This document shows positions 8,531 through 18,623 of a stretch of DNA of 64,000 nt, piece by piece (position 1 is the stretch's first letter; each line of letters starts with the position of its first letter). Both the position numbers and the translations under genes were made by a program. The stretch lies in the sequence record NC_070958.1; one strand, given 5' to 3'. The notes beneath the pieces are model-generated. The model was not told the origin of the DNA and searched no databases. It saw only the letters and a list, made by a program, of their open reading frames with translations.

Positions 8531-11449
8531 TTATGATCTTGGCATGTGGCGCTTGAACATGATCTCTATGGACTCTTTGATTGTCAGGAGTTGGTCAGAG
8601 GTCTGATCCAGTTCCTTACGTACAGAGAAACCATTCGTGTCATCGATGTTGGTGATAACGTCAACCGGTTCGTTACCGGCAGTTGCGATTATCTTAACGT
8701 CGAGCACGTCACTGGATTTAAGGACACGAGTGAGCTCAGAAACACTGAAGGTCTTGCTACGAAGGTGTTCGTTGGTTACCTGGTGAGTGTTCTTAATCAA
8801 ACTGTTCTTCAGGTCATTGTCAGCCATACCCTCGTCATTGAGGTAGTAAGTGACAGTAAACCCGATGTCGGTACGAATGGTTTTCTCGATACCCTCGTTG
8901 AGGATAACCTGAGTAAAGCCCATCGTGGACCGAGGTTTAAACAGTATCGTGGTTTCATCCAGAGTGGACTTGTTCAGATCAGTCAACCAGTCGTTAACTT
9001 CGTTAGCGAAGAAGTCTTCTACCAACCCGACGTAAGTGGCGTCGTACTCATCCTGACTGAGCAGGTAGTTGAAGTCAAACCCGATGAAGTCCCAATGGTA
9101 CTTCAAGAGTCTCGGATGGAGAAGTACTGGTTTATCATCCTGATCGTAAACAGTAGTGCCTTTCTCATGTTCCCAAACCGGAGAACCATCGGCGTTATAC
9201 CGAGTTTCACCAGCCTTGTGTTCAAGAACTGCTTTCCCGTCTACAATGACCAGTTTCCCGTTTTCGTACTTGTACACATCTTCCTTGTAAACAGCAGGAA
9301 CGTTGTCAGTGTACTTCGCATACTGAGCTGGTCCGATAATCGGTCTGATCCGTGCATAAAGCGAACTGAGTCGTTTACCAAATTGAACACGGTATTCCGT
9401 TTCAATAATGGCTACGCTCAACTGCTCAAACAGAGACTGATCGATTTTACCGTCAGAGGGAGAACGGAGAACTTGTCCATCACCGGCATAGGTAAAGATA
9501 AACGTAGCGATCTCTTCCAGTTTGACACGGACTTCATCTTGAGGACGTCCAAACTGTTGGAAACCACGAAGGTCTATCTCGTCACGATCTGTGATGTCGA
9601 AACGACTAGGGATCTTGAATTCCCATACACGTTCCTTATCCTTGTTCAGACCTTTCAATTTACCACGGATAGAAGCCAGTGCGTTGGAACCTTCAGTGTT
9701 CAAAGACATCTGAATTCCAACAGATGTGTCGGCGAGCTTCTTATATGCTTCAGAGGACTTGGTGACTATACCAATCGTGTAACCTTCCTCATCCACAGTG
9801 ATGTTGATCTGACCGATCCCGGCCTGGATACCCAGAGATGCGTTTTCATACCGGAAGGTCTGGTAACGAATCTGAGGGCGATCGGTTCTGTACGTTCTGA
9901 TGGACGCACGGTTGTCAGATGTATCGATCACATACATGAACGGAGTGTAGACCAATGAACGCTCACCAGACACATCAATCTTGGTTTGGTTCCCAGCCCG
10001 CTTCAACTGCTCGATTTCATACTTGGGTACGAACCGAGCCGTTTGTTCAGTAATGTCGAATACAGCACCACGAGGGATAGTGATGCGGCGTCCATTGTCA
10101 ATAGCATTAGCCGTGCTGATCAGTTCTTCCAACGATGCCAGATGGGTACCAGTGTAGGTACCAATAGAGCTGTTGAAACGAGCCAGAGATTCATCTTCGA
10201 ACAACTTGGTTTCCTGGATAGGAAGATCCTTAGTGGTTCGGTAAAGACGGTTAGTTACAAAGTCAATGGACTTAACCGAGTCGTAACCATTCCGCAACAG
10301 GGTTTGGGTGAGGTCGCTGTTACTAACCGGTACCTGGCGTCGACGATGGCGATAGACGACCATATTCTTGAGCTCTTGGAAACTAGCGCTATCCAGACCA
10401 CCCACCACAGGTTCGATTGTGTCCAGTGTCACTGTACTCGCGGAACGAAGCGGGACGCTATAACCAGACAACTTACCTTGGGGATTGCTGTAGTCATAGT
10501 AAGCGTACGTGTGCTCCTTCGTCCTCAGCGTCGAGAGATCCTGATTCATTTTACCACGAGTGGTGTAGGTGAGAATCGTGATGCGACCGAGCGCCATTCC
10601 GTTCTGAAGATAAACAGAAGGAATAGACGCCTCATAGACACCATCCCGGATCATATCGATAGTCAGGGTCGGCATTGCCGGATCGAAGACGTCATTGTTG
10701 AACACAACAGCCATCTCGCTACGACGGGTACTCCCATCAGGAGTGATGAACGCCCTAACGGCATAAAGCTTGTCGTTGTAATCGATCCGATCCCGGAAAC
10801 CCACCGCCATGTTAACAGCCGTAGCCGGTTTCTCTTTCACCTCCAATTGACGTACAGGAAGATGAATAGAGAGATAACGCTGATCATCGATGTTCAGCTC
10901 TTCGTAACGAGGTGAGTTGGAGGAGAGAGGGTACAGCGGGGACTGTTTTTCAGAGTTGTAAACAATCTGAAGTCCACCGTGTTCCATCAGCCGGATCTCG
11001 ACCGGATTTTCCAGCAGGAAGGGAATACCCGCGACCGTGAAGATGGTGTCGGACGGGAGCTCCAGCTTACGGTAGTTGTTAACAGCAGTCCCGACTACCT
11101 CAGTGAAGGGGAGAGCACGCTTCTCCAATTCATCCATGGCAATCATCCAACGGAACGTAGTGCCGCTGGGTTCGGCAAATACACCGTACCAATCTTCGTC
11201 ACTCATGTTAGCAGCCAGATCGGCAATAGTTCTTGCATGAGTGGGGAAACGCTTGGCAATGCCGTCACCATTGCGCACTGCAAAGTTGTACTGGGTTGCC
11301 ACGATCATATCGAGAGCATAGGAGAACGGATGCCCGGCTGCGTTAATCGAACCAGGTCCTGTTCCCAAGGCATCTTCGATTTCTTGGAAGCAGCGGTTGA
11401 TAGCACGTGCCGGGTTATTCCGATATCGCTCTAAATCATCATAAGTCAT
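8531..11449 (-). CDS. Large virion structural protein, probable baseplate wedge (phiKZ gp87-like)
   Basis: 972 aa; size and position match my recollection of phiKZ-like gene order; function inferred. Confidence 0.55.
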   Translation of the reverse strand: MTYDDLERYRNNPARAINRCFQEIEDALGTGPGSINAAGHPFSYALDMIVATQYNFAVRNGDGIAKRFPTHARTIADLAANMSDEDWYGVFAEPSGTTFRWMIAMDELEKRALPFTEVVGTAVNNYRKLELPSDTIFTVAGIPFLLENPVEIRLMEHGGLQIVYNSEKQSPLYPLSSNSPRYEELNIDDQRYLSIHLPVRQLEVKEKPATAVNMAVGFRDRIDYNDKLYAVRAFITPDGSTRRSEMAVVFNNDVFDPAMPTLTIDMIRDGVYEASIPSVYLQNGMALGRITILTYTTRGKMNQDLSTLRTKEHTYAYYDYSNPQGKLSGYSVPLRSASTVTLDTIEPVVGGLDSASFQELKNMVVYRHRRRQVPVSNSDLTQTLLRNGYDSVKSIDFVTNRLYRTTKDLPIQETKLFEDESLARFNSSIGTYTGTHLASLEELISTANAIDNGRRITIPRGAVFDITEQTARFVPKYEIEQLKRAGNQTKIDVSGERSLVYTPFMYVIDTSDNRASIRTYRTDRPQIRYQTFRYENASLGIQAGIGQINITVDEEGYTIGIVTKSSEAYKKLADTSVGIQMSLNTEGSNALASIRGKLKGLNKDKERVWEFKIPSRFDITDRDEIDLRGFQQFGRPQDEVRVKLEEIATFIFTYAGDGQVLRSPSDGKIDQSLFEQLSVAIIETEYRVQFGKRLSSLYARIRPIIGPAQYAKYTDNVPAVYKEDVYKYENGKLVIVDGKAVLEHKAGETRYNADGSPVWEHEKGTTVYDQDDKPVLLHPRLLKYHWDFIGFDFNYLLSQDEYDATYVGLVEDFFANEVNDWLTDLNKSTLDETTILFKPRSTMGFTQVILNEGIEKTIRTDIGFTVTYYLNDEGMADNDLKNSLIKNTHQVTNEHLRSKTFSVSELTRVLKSSDVLDVKIIATAGNEPVDVITNIDDTNGFSVRKELDQTSDQLLTIKESIEIMFKRHMPRS

Positions 11450-11458
11450 TTCTTTTCC

Positions 11459-12535
11459 TTATTTACGCACCCACCAGGTGAGTTTGATACCATCACGTCC
11501 CACAGCACCATCTTGCCTACGGTCATTACGAACCGGCAGCAAAAGAGGATACGCACCAGAGTAACCGTATTCAAGATACTCATCAGCAGAGAGTCTCCTG
11601 AAATACTGATCACGGGTCTTTGGTCGGATGTTGGGGTTGTACATGTAACTGTGTTCGTTAAAGGCTTGGATTAATCCAGGTTCGTTGAACCGCATCGCTG
11701 TGGAACTGAACTGAACCGAGAAGTCATCCTGCCCTTCCCCACGCAGTGAGTTTTGGGTGTTATCGATATTAGCCTGGGACCCTGATGGGAACGTCACAGG
11801 TATAGATTGAACTGTGGCGAATATTTGTTCCAGGAATTCACCGTCCTTATTCATGATAAGGTGGTAAATGCGTGTATCGTAATCGATACGGTTCCCAAAC
11901 AAATATTTAGCCCTTGGATAACAGCCCCGGTCACCACTTGTTACTTCAGAAATATAGGTCATCCAGTATTGGAACAGAGCCGGGATAACACTGGGTTTGG
12001 GGTTGAAGTAAGTCTGGTTCATAGAGTAAAGACCGTTCTCTTCCAGCTTACTCGCAACTCGTTGATAAACCTGTTCCCGCATACCAGGATCAGTGGTCTG
12101 GATTTGCATACTCAAATCACCGAAACCATTACTGGTTTTGAGGTAAGTTGTTAATGCAACGATGAATGGATTGGCATTATCAAGAGCCGGACACGGATTG
12201 GCGGCAGCCCACCGTTCATCCAGAGTCCCTCTTATATATGCACCGATAGAGTTACCAGATACGTCCTTCAAAACTTTCAAACGCTCTGAACGTGCAATGA
12301 CATCATCGATCAGATTCAGCTGGGGTCTGGTCACGAAGCTTAATCCTATGGTGTCATCAGCCAGCGGCATCATGGCCGGGCCTTTACCAAAGATCCTGAA
12401 TGACCTTAAACTGTTCATCAACGGGGCATTTGTCCCCGGAGTTCCAGAGTCCAGTAAAGCTGCGTTGAATATGTCTTTGCTGTGTTCCAGGGTTTCCCCT
12501 GAATAGTTTGTAAAATCTTCCTTATTATCTTCCAT
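11459..12535 (-). CDS. Virion structural protein, probable tail/baseplate (phiKZ gp88-like)
   Basis: 358 aa, co-transcribed with the 972-aa gene; assignment by synteny. Confidence 0.5.
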   Translation of the reverse strand: MEDNKEDFTNYSGETLEHSKDIFNAALLDSGTPGTNAPLMNSLRSFRIFGKGPAMMPLADDTIGLSFVTRPQLNLIDDVIARSERLKVLKDVSGNSIGAYIRGTLDERWAAANPCPALDNANPFIVALTTYLKTSNGFGDLSMQIQTTDPGMREQVYQRVASKLEENGLYSMNQTYFNPKPSVIPALFQYWMTYISEVTSGDRGCYPRAKYLFGNRIDYDTRIYHLIMNKDGEFLEQIFATVQSIPVTFPSGSQANIDNTQNSLRGEGQDDFSVQFSSTAMRFNEPGLIQAFNEHSYMYNPNIRPKTRDQYFRRLSADEYLEYGYSGAYPLLLPVRNDRRQDGAVGRDGIKLTWWVRK

Positions 12536-12563
12536 ACAAAATGTCTCTTCTAGGAGTTTCTAA

Positions 12564-13676
12564 ATGATACTTGAAGCCGTTTCGTTTGGTCAGATGCTCA
12601 GTACCGTAGCCAAGATCTTTGGTAAGGGTAAGGATCTGACTGACGCCATCGATCCCGTGCTGGATACCGCCGCTAAAGCGATGAACCTGATGAACACGCG
12701 CAGTGTTTCACAGTCTGCATCTCGCACGCTCATCTCCCCTATGGTTGCGATCGAACGCGATCTGATCCACCAGGAGTACATGACCGACGTCGTTACAGTC
12801 GTCAACATCCGTGACATCAAAGACGCCCTCTCCCACCTTGCTTTGCAGGGTGAAGTAGACGGTATCAAAATCAGTCACTTGATCGATCAGATCAACCCCC
12901 GTCGTGCCGGTCTTCTGGCACTGTCCGGTCTGGAAGCTTTCGCCGGTAATGAGTCGGCAGCCCCTGTTCAGAATAAGGGAACGAAGATCCCTGCGACAGG
13001 TAAAGAGTCTCCCCGTGTCAGCATTGGTGGCAAGGAATACTCCGACCTGACTACCTTCCAACCGCTCGCTGTAGGCCGGACAGTTATCGCTTCTGTACGG
13101 ATCGGTAGTGGTAACCCGGTAGAGTTTCCGCTCAATTTCCGTCAGGTTCCAATTCCTGTCTCTTCAAATGATCTGGAAGCTATCTTCTCGGCGGCTCGTT
13201 CTACCGATGGTTTCTTCGGTCGCATCAGCATGTTGCAGGGTGGTGAAATCACTCTTCCCGAGTTCCTCACTGGTACTGACGAGATCAAACGTGAATTCAA
13301 TATTCGCATGAACGATCTCTCCGGCTATTACAGTGAAGCAATGGCTCGTGATAGCAACAACAAGAAAGCGGCACTGCGGACTGGTCTGGTTTCCATGAAC
13401 ACCATGGCTAACACCATCATCATGTCCAAGGCCACTGCCAACCAGATCGAGCTGGAACACGGTCTCCGTTTCGATCGTAACGGTATCACCAAGATCCGTC
13501 AGAAAGTGATGGCCAACACTATCGTTATCATCGATGACGACTCCGGACTGTTCACATTCTGGAACGCCGGCCAACCTCTGCCGGAACAGTACACTCGTCG
13601 CGAGATCCAGGTAACCGCTAAGAAGGATACCTCCATGGATCTGGCATCCCTCATGAAAATGTTCAACGGGCGGTAA
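12564..13676 (+). CDS. Head structural protein (phiKZ gp89-like)
   Basis: 370 aa, AGGAG SD, internal SGLE-AFAGNE-S putative cleavage sites. Confidence 0.55.
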   Translation: MILEAVSFGQMLSTVAKIFGKGKDLTDAIDPVLDTAAKAMNLMNTRSVSQSASRTLISPMVAIERDLIHQEYMTDVVTVVNIRDIKDALSHLALQGEVDGIKISHLIDQINPRRAGLLALSGLEAFAGNESAAPVQNKGTKIPATGKESPRVSIGGKEYSDLTTFQPLAVGRTVIASVRIGSGNPVEFPLNFRQVPIPVSSNDLEAIFSAARSTDGFFGRISMLQGGEITLPEFLTGTDEIKREFNIRMNDLSGYYSEAMARDSNNKKAALRTGLVSMNTMANTIIMSKATANQIELEHGLRFDRNGITKIRQKVMANTIVIIDDDSGLFTFWNAGQPLPEQYTRREIQVTAKKDTSMDLASLMKMFNGR

Positions 13677-13679
13677 TAA

Positions 13680-14555
13680 ATGATCCTGATCAAAAACACC
13701 AAGAAGGAAGATGTTTCTCTCCGTCTTGAAAACGAAATCAACTATGTCGGCGGTCTGCTCGATACCATTCGTCTTCTGAACAAGGTAAGTCCCGATCAGT
13801 GGAACAAGATGGCTGACTACGCCAACAGCAATGCTGTTATGAAATCCATCGAAGCCGGTGTCAAGAAAGGGATCCATCCCAAACTGTCCACTGTCGATGC
13901 GATCTCCGCTGCATTGTCCAACCTGGCTATCTGGATGCCGAAGCTGAAGGATCGTCTCAAGAAGTCCAGTACCAAGACTTTCGATACCGAAACGATCACT
14001 TTCCGTGAACGCGGTATCCTGGACGCGATCTCCGCGGTGAACTTCTTCAACCGCTACGCTTCCATGTATCTGGACATCCTGCTGGACCAAGGTTACAAGA
14101 GGTCCGACATTTCCAAGTTGCTGACTCGTCACGACCTGACCTTCTTCAACGACACCGCCAAGCACTTCGTGACCATCCTGGTTCGTTTCAACCAGTCCGT
14201 TAAGGATCTGGAAGGGATGCTCGATGCACTGTCCGAAGAGCTGGCTGATGAAATGTCTGAACAGATCCTCGGTGAGACCACCGGTGCCGCTTCTGTCAGC
14301 ATTCGTCATGGTCTGGCTCCGCACCAACTGAACCCGGTCTACTGGTATCGCCTGTGGCGGATGGAGCGTGACGTCAAGTCCATCGAAGTCAACCAGAAGC
14401 GTATCGAGATCCTCGCTATGAAGATCGCGCGTCTGAATAACCAGCGCACTGGTCAGGATGATCCGGCACTGGATAACACCATCAACATCTATCAAGACAA
14501 AATCATCAAGATGGATGCCGAGATCCGTGAAATCGTGGAGAAACACCGTGGCTAA
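13680..14555 (+). CDS. Head structural protein (phiKZ gp90-like)
   Basis: 291 aa helical protein with C-terminal coiled coil; assignment by synteny. Confidence 0.5.
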   Translation: MILIKNTKKEDVSLRLENEINYVGGLLDTIRLLNKVSPDQWNKMADYANSNAVMKSIEAGVKKGIHPKLSTVDAISAALSNLAIWMPKLKDRLKKSSTKTFDTETITFRERGILDAISAVNFFNRYASMYLDILLDQGYKRSDISKLLTRHDLTFFNDTAKHFVTILVRFNQSVKDLEGMLDALSEELADEMSEQILGETTGAASVSIRHGLAPHQLNPVYWYRLWRMERDVKSIEVNQKRIEILAMKIARLNNQRTGQDDPALDNTINIYQDKIIKMDAEIREIVEKHRG

Positions 14556-15072
14556 AGAGTTCCGTCATGCTCGGTTCGGTATGATCCCCAGTGATCTGTC
14601 CCAACCTATGATGGACATGAATGAACAGGTGTTCAAGAGCTTCCTCCGTAATTGTGGGACGGGAGCTCTCATGTCCAGCCTCGACAGTCATGTGGAGATC
14701 TTCTCCCTTGGCTCCCATTACATCGGCGATAACTTCCGTAACTGGCTGATCGCTAACTACTACAACGGTAAGGGTGTGCGCTCTGAACTGGTTAGCAAAA
14801 TTGTTGCTTACATTCAGGGTGAAGTGACTGGCAATGCGGTGACCAATCAACTGAAGATTGATAACACCAAACTGACTTACGCTCCTCCCGGTAAGCAGAT
14901 CGCTCAACCTATGTTGTTCAAGGTGGACGATTTCCGTTCCAAGAAAGATCCCGTGGAGCATGTCAACTTCAATGTGGTCAAGAACGAGCATATGTACGAC
15001 TTCTTTGCTCTGATTGGTCCTGAAGGTTTGGCGCGTCTCTGCCTCAGCCTGGATGGTACTGCAAATGGATAA
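14548..15072 (+). CDS. Hypothetical virion protein; start moved to GTG 14548
   Basis: GGAG SD before GTG 14548; overlaps the upstream stop (translational coupling). Confidence 0.7.
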   Translation: MAKEFRHARFGMIPSDLSQPMMDMNEQVFKSFLRNCGTGALMSSLDSHVEIFSLGSHYIGDNFRNWLIANYYNGKGVRSELVSKIVAYIQGEVTGNAVTNQLKIDNTKLTYAPPGKQIAQPMLFKVDDFRSKKDPVEHVNFNVVKNEHMYDFFALIGPEGLARLCLSLDGTANG

Positions 15073-16333
15073 AGATCTCGAAACCAAACTGTTAATGAGT
15101 GAGGTTTCTCTGGCCAAGATCGACGACGTGGAGAAAATGACCAAAGAAGCGAAAGCTGCCGTTCATAATCTCCGTACCGACGTTCGCATCAAAGACCGGG
15201 TTGAAGAGATCCTCAAAGAAGTGGAATCTCGTCAGGACTATGAACTGACAACTTCCTTTATCCAACAAGTGGATTCAGAAATCAATGAATATGGCCGGTC
15301 CAAGATTGGTCGTAATGGAATGATCAGTGTGGCTGGTACCGAAGCGTTCGGTCTCACCATCATGCCGCGTGATTGGCGTTCCAGTCGTCTGGAAGCACTG
15401 CGTGATCTCCTCGCCGATACTTATAAGAACATCAAGCGTTGGGCAAACCAACTCGAAGATTCCTTTAAGGATCGTTGGACTGAGATCTCCACCACTCTGG
15501 AAGTGATCAGAACGCGCGTAGACAACGTTGAAGAACACCTGGATATGGTTCAGGGTCTCCGGGACGAATGTCGCACTGTGACAATCCCAGGCATCGTGGT
15601 GAAGGCACTGACCAAGGGTAGCGAACCTGTACCCAAGGATATCTCCAGTTCTGTCATCAAAGACATCAACTACTTTGCTTCAGTAATGAAGTTTGTTGAA
15701 GCCGAAGAAGTGCGTGTCAAGAACGCGATCACCAAGTATTTCGGTAACCCTAAGCTCAAAGACATGTCCAGCATAGTGTTTGGGATCCCCCGTATCCTGG
15801 ACGTCAGAGTTAAGAGTGAAGACCAGTCTGATGTTGGTAAATACGTTGAAATGGCTAGCCGTCCGTTCCTGGAAGGTTTCCGTATCAACTGTAAGGCGAT
15901 CGATCCTCGTTTCCTCAAGAACGGTTACGAGCCGGGTGCTGGTAACACCGACCTGGTGTCCATGATGGTTGAATGCGGAATCGACCTGCAACGTGTTGAA
16001 CGTCGTGAAAGCAAGGAAGAGACAATCAAGACTCTTACTCTTTCCGATCTCTTCACTCTGACCAGTGCTGTCAAGGATATGGTTCTTTACATTGAACGTG
16101 CCAATGACAAAGACAGTCCGCTCAACATGAACCCGTCTGAAGTCAAGGATAACCTGGCGACCCTGAAGAGTAACGAAGACGAGAAGGAGCGAGCCGATCA
16201 CTATGTCGCCCTCGCCACCGATTACCAATTCCGTCTGAATGCACTCCGGGCTGACATTGCCAGTTATCTTACTGTTCTGACAAGTCATCTGCTCACGTTC
16301 ATCACACTCAACCTGGAGTGTTACGATGCCTAA
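15065..16333 (+). CDS. Putative internal head protein; start moved to ATG 15065
   Basis: Coupled start; acidic N-terminal region ending VAGTE-AF, then a helical domain. Confidence 0.6.
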   Translation: MDKDLETKLLMSEVSLAKIDDVEKMTKEAKAAVHNLRTDVRIKDRVEEILKEVESRQDYELTTSFIQQVDSEINEYGRSKIGRNGMISVAGTEAFGLTIMPRDWRSSRLEALRDLLADTYKNIKRWANQLEDSFKDRWTEISTTLEVIRTRVDNVEEHLDMVQGLRDECRTVTIPGIVVKALTKGSEPVPKDISSSVIKDINYFASVMKFVEAEEVRVKNAITKYFGNPKLKDMSSIVFGIPRILDVRVKSEDQSDVGKYVEMASRPFLEGFRINCKAIDPRFLKNGYEPGAGNTDLVSMMVECGIDLQRVERRESKEETIKTLTLSDLFTLTSAVKDMVLYIERANDKDSPLNMNPSEVKDNLATLKSNEDEKERADHYVALATDYQFRLNALRADIASYLTVLTSHLLTFITLNLECYDA

Positions 16334-17288
16334 CATCAATGCAACCTTGGAAATCGCAATGCGTGAAATGCACTGTGGTTTCGTTGTGGATGGTAATGAG
16401 TCATATCTCACCGATATGTTCTCGACCACCAAGACCGCTATTTTCAGTGCGGTTAAACAAGGTGCGGGTAAGGCCAGCGAAAGTCTTGTAAGAGCGTTGC
16501 GTAATGCTGATCAAGCTCTGCTCAAAGCAATCGGTGCACGCCGATTGCTTCTTTCCACAATGGTCAACCGTGCCAACCGTGACGGCGTTAAAGAGGAAAT
16601 CACTTTCCCGGCAGGTTTGCTGAGCCGGACAACTGTGAAAGGTTATCCCGGAGACATCGTCAAATCGATTGAAGTGTTGATGGAAGCTATCAAACAGGTA
16701 GCTGACTACGAACAAGACCTGGAAGGATTCTACGAGAAGCAACTCGCTCTCCTCAAATCTATCACCAAGATCAAGGACACCAAGGAAGCCGCCGAACTCA
16801 TCACCAAACTGGATGATATGAAGCGACCCGCCCCCAAGTTCCCTGACAGTGTTAATTCTATGTCGAAGAGAACCAAGCTTTTGCCGGGTGGTCGTGACTT
16901 CGTTTACAACTCCGAGACTGATCGTTTCTCGATTGGTAACTCTGACGTTGATGCCAAGGATGAAACTACATCCTTTGCTAAGGAAGACATGATCCGTATT
17001 CTCGCTATGTTGAACAAACTTATCGAGACGTACACTTCCATCAGTAAGGCTAACGAGCGCTATGCAAAGCACGTTTCCGAATTCAATACTGTGGTAGGTA
17101 AGAGCTTTTCTCACCTTGAAGGTCTCAAGGGTTCTGTTAGTGCCACTTTGCTGAACGATCTCTCCGGTCGTCTCAATGGTGATGCTAGCACCTTTGCTTT
17201 CTATACCGGCTTCCTCCCCAAGGTAGTTTTGGTTGTAGACAATCATGTGGAAGAACTCACGTCCTTCTTAAGTAAACACTTTAATTAA
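16326..17288 (+). CDS. Putative internal head protein (phiKZ gp93-family-like)
   Basis: Short propeptide ending VDGNE-SY, then an amphipathic helix. Confidence 0.6.
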   Translation: MPNINATLEIAMREMHCGFVVDGNESYLTDMFSTTKTAIFSAVKQGAGKASESLVRALRNADQALLKAIGARRLLLSTMVNRANRDGVKEEITFPAGLLSRTTVKGYPGDIVKSIEVLMEAIKQVADYEQDLEGFYEKQLALLKSITKIKDTKEAAELITKLDDMKRPAPKFPDSVNSMSKRTKLLPGGRDFVYNSETDRFSIGNSDVDAKDETTSFAKEDMIRILAMLNKLIETYTSISKANERYAKHVSEFNTVVGKSFSHLEGLKGSVSATLLNDLSGRLNGDASTFAFYTGFLPKVVLVVDNHVEELTSFLSKHFN

Positions 17289-17340
17289 ACTGTTTCTCAC
17301 TAAGTTCTGTTTTGAACGTTCATAACTGAAAGGAATAAAT

Positions 17341-18507
17341 ATGTCTCTGCATACTGTATTCGCTAGCGTTGCTGGCCAAGAAGACTCCAGCGTAGCTGTC
17401 GTTACCGAAGCTACCGTCGAGCAACTGGTTGAAGCCCAGGTTGAGGCCGAAGTAGCCGAAGCGACTGCCGAAGTAGCCGAAATCGAGAAGGACATGGACA
17501 AGATCGAACTGTCCATGGACGCGATCGAAGACAAGGTTGAAGAGCTGGAAGAAGCCATTGAAGGCATGGAATCCATGCTGGCTGGTTCCGTCGAGTTCAA
17601 CGCCGGTCTGTTCGCCCACCAGTTCGCCCAGGCTACCAAGATCGCCAACCGTTTCGGTGGTGAGCAAGTTGCCGTTCTGGGTGCCGAGTCCCTGGCTGAT
17701 GCCGGTACTGCTCAGCTGAACGCTGTTGCCGGTATCGAATCCTTCAAGGAAAAGCTGTCCGCCGGTGCTAGCGCCGTCAAGGGCTTCTTCGTTGAGCTGT
17801 ACAACAGCTTCATCAACTTCGTCACCGGTATCTTCAACAAGTACAAGGCCCTGGGTAACAAGGCTACCGCTCTGAAGACCAAGGTCGAAGCCAAGAAGGA
17901 ATTCGAAGGCGAAGTCAAGCGTCCGAAGGCTGCTGGCTGGGTTGCCGCTGATGGTAAGGGTCCGGATGTTGCCGCTCTGATGAGCAAGGTCCTGTCCGAC
18001 GCCGATTCCGTTGCCACCGGTAAGTGGATGAAGGCTGCCGACGCAGTCAACTCCGTCAAGGCCATCGGTCAGTCCAGCCCGGCTGGTTCCACCGAAAACA
18101 CTGCTACCTTCAAGGTACAGGTTGGTACCGGTGTTGTGACCTGCGTGGTTCCGAAGACTGAAGCCGGTCTGGGTTCCGCCGACATCGCTGTTGGTTCCGC
18201 CTCCACCGATCTGACCGCCATCAAGTCCATGAGCAAAGAGGGCCTGGTCGGTCTGTGCAACAGCGTCTCCGCTGAAATCGGTAAGATCCAGAGCCAGAAG
18301 CTGGACGGTAAAGCCCTGGCCGCCAAGCGCGACAAGGTCATCGCCGAACTCGAGAAGTACCAGAAAGAGAACGGTGCCAAGAACCAGTCCTACATCGCTG
18401 CTGCCCGTGCTGGCCACAAAGCCATCCTGCGCATCCAACGTGGTGTACTGAAGCTGGGTGAACAGATCCTGGGTGCCAAGCTGGCCCTGGTTGCTGCTCA
18501 CGTCTAA
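17341..18507 (+). CDS. Probably abundant internal head protein (phiKZ gp93-family-like) with a long acidic propeptide
   Basis: E/A/V-rich coiled-coil N-terminus, LGAE-SL and AGIE-SF sites, very strong codon bias, own terminator. Confidence 0.7.
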   Translation: MSLHTVFASVAGQEDSSVAVVTEATVEQLVEAQVEAEVAEATAEVAEIEKDMDKIELSMDAIEDKVEELEEAIEGMESMLAGSVEFNAGLFAHQFAQATKIANRFGGEQVAVLGAESLADAGTAQLNAVAGIESFKEKLSAGASAVKGFFVELYNSFINFVTGIFNKYKALGNKATALKTKVEAKKEFEGEVKRPKAAGWVAADGKGPDVAALMSKVLSDADSVATGKWMKAADAVNSVKAIGQSSPAGSTENTATFKVQVGTGVVTCVVPKTEAGLGSADIAVGSASTDLTAIKSMSKEGLVGLCNSVSAEIGKIQSQKLDGKALAAKRDKVIAELEKYQKENGAKNQSYIAAARAGHKAILRIQRGVLKLGEQILGAKLALVAAHV

Positions 18508-18536
18508 GCTGACCTGGGAATAAAGCAATAAGTATT

Positions 18537-18571
18537 GGGGAGGAGAGAGCTTCGGCTCTCTCCTCCTCTTT
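18537..18571 (+). terminator. Intrinsic terminator with C(UUCG)G tetraloop
   Basis: GAGGAGAGAGC-TTCG-GCTCTCTCCTC then CTCTTT. Confidence 0.85.
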
Positions 18572-18623
18572 ACCGTCCTTTGTTTATTTTCAAGAATGCT
18601 ATGGCTTCTTATAGGAGGACATC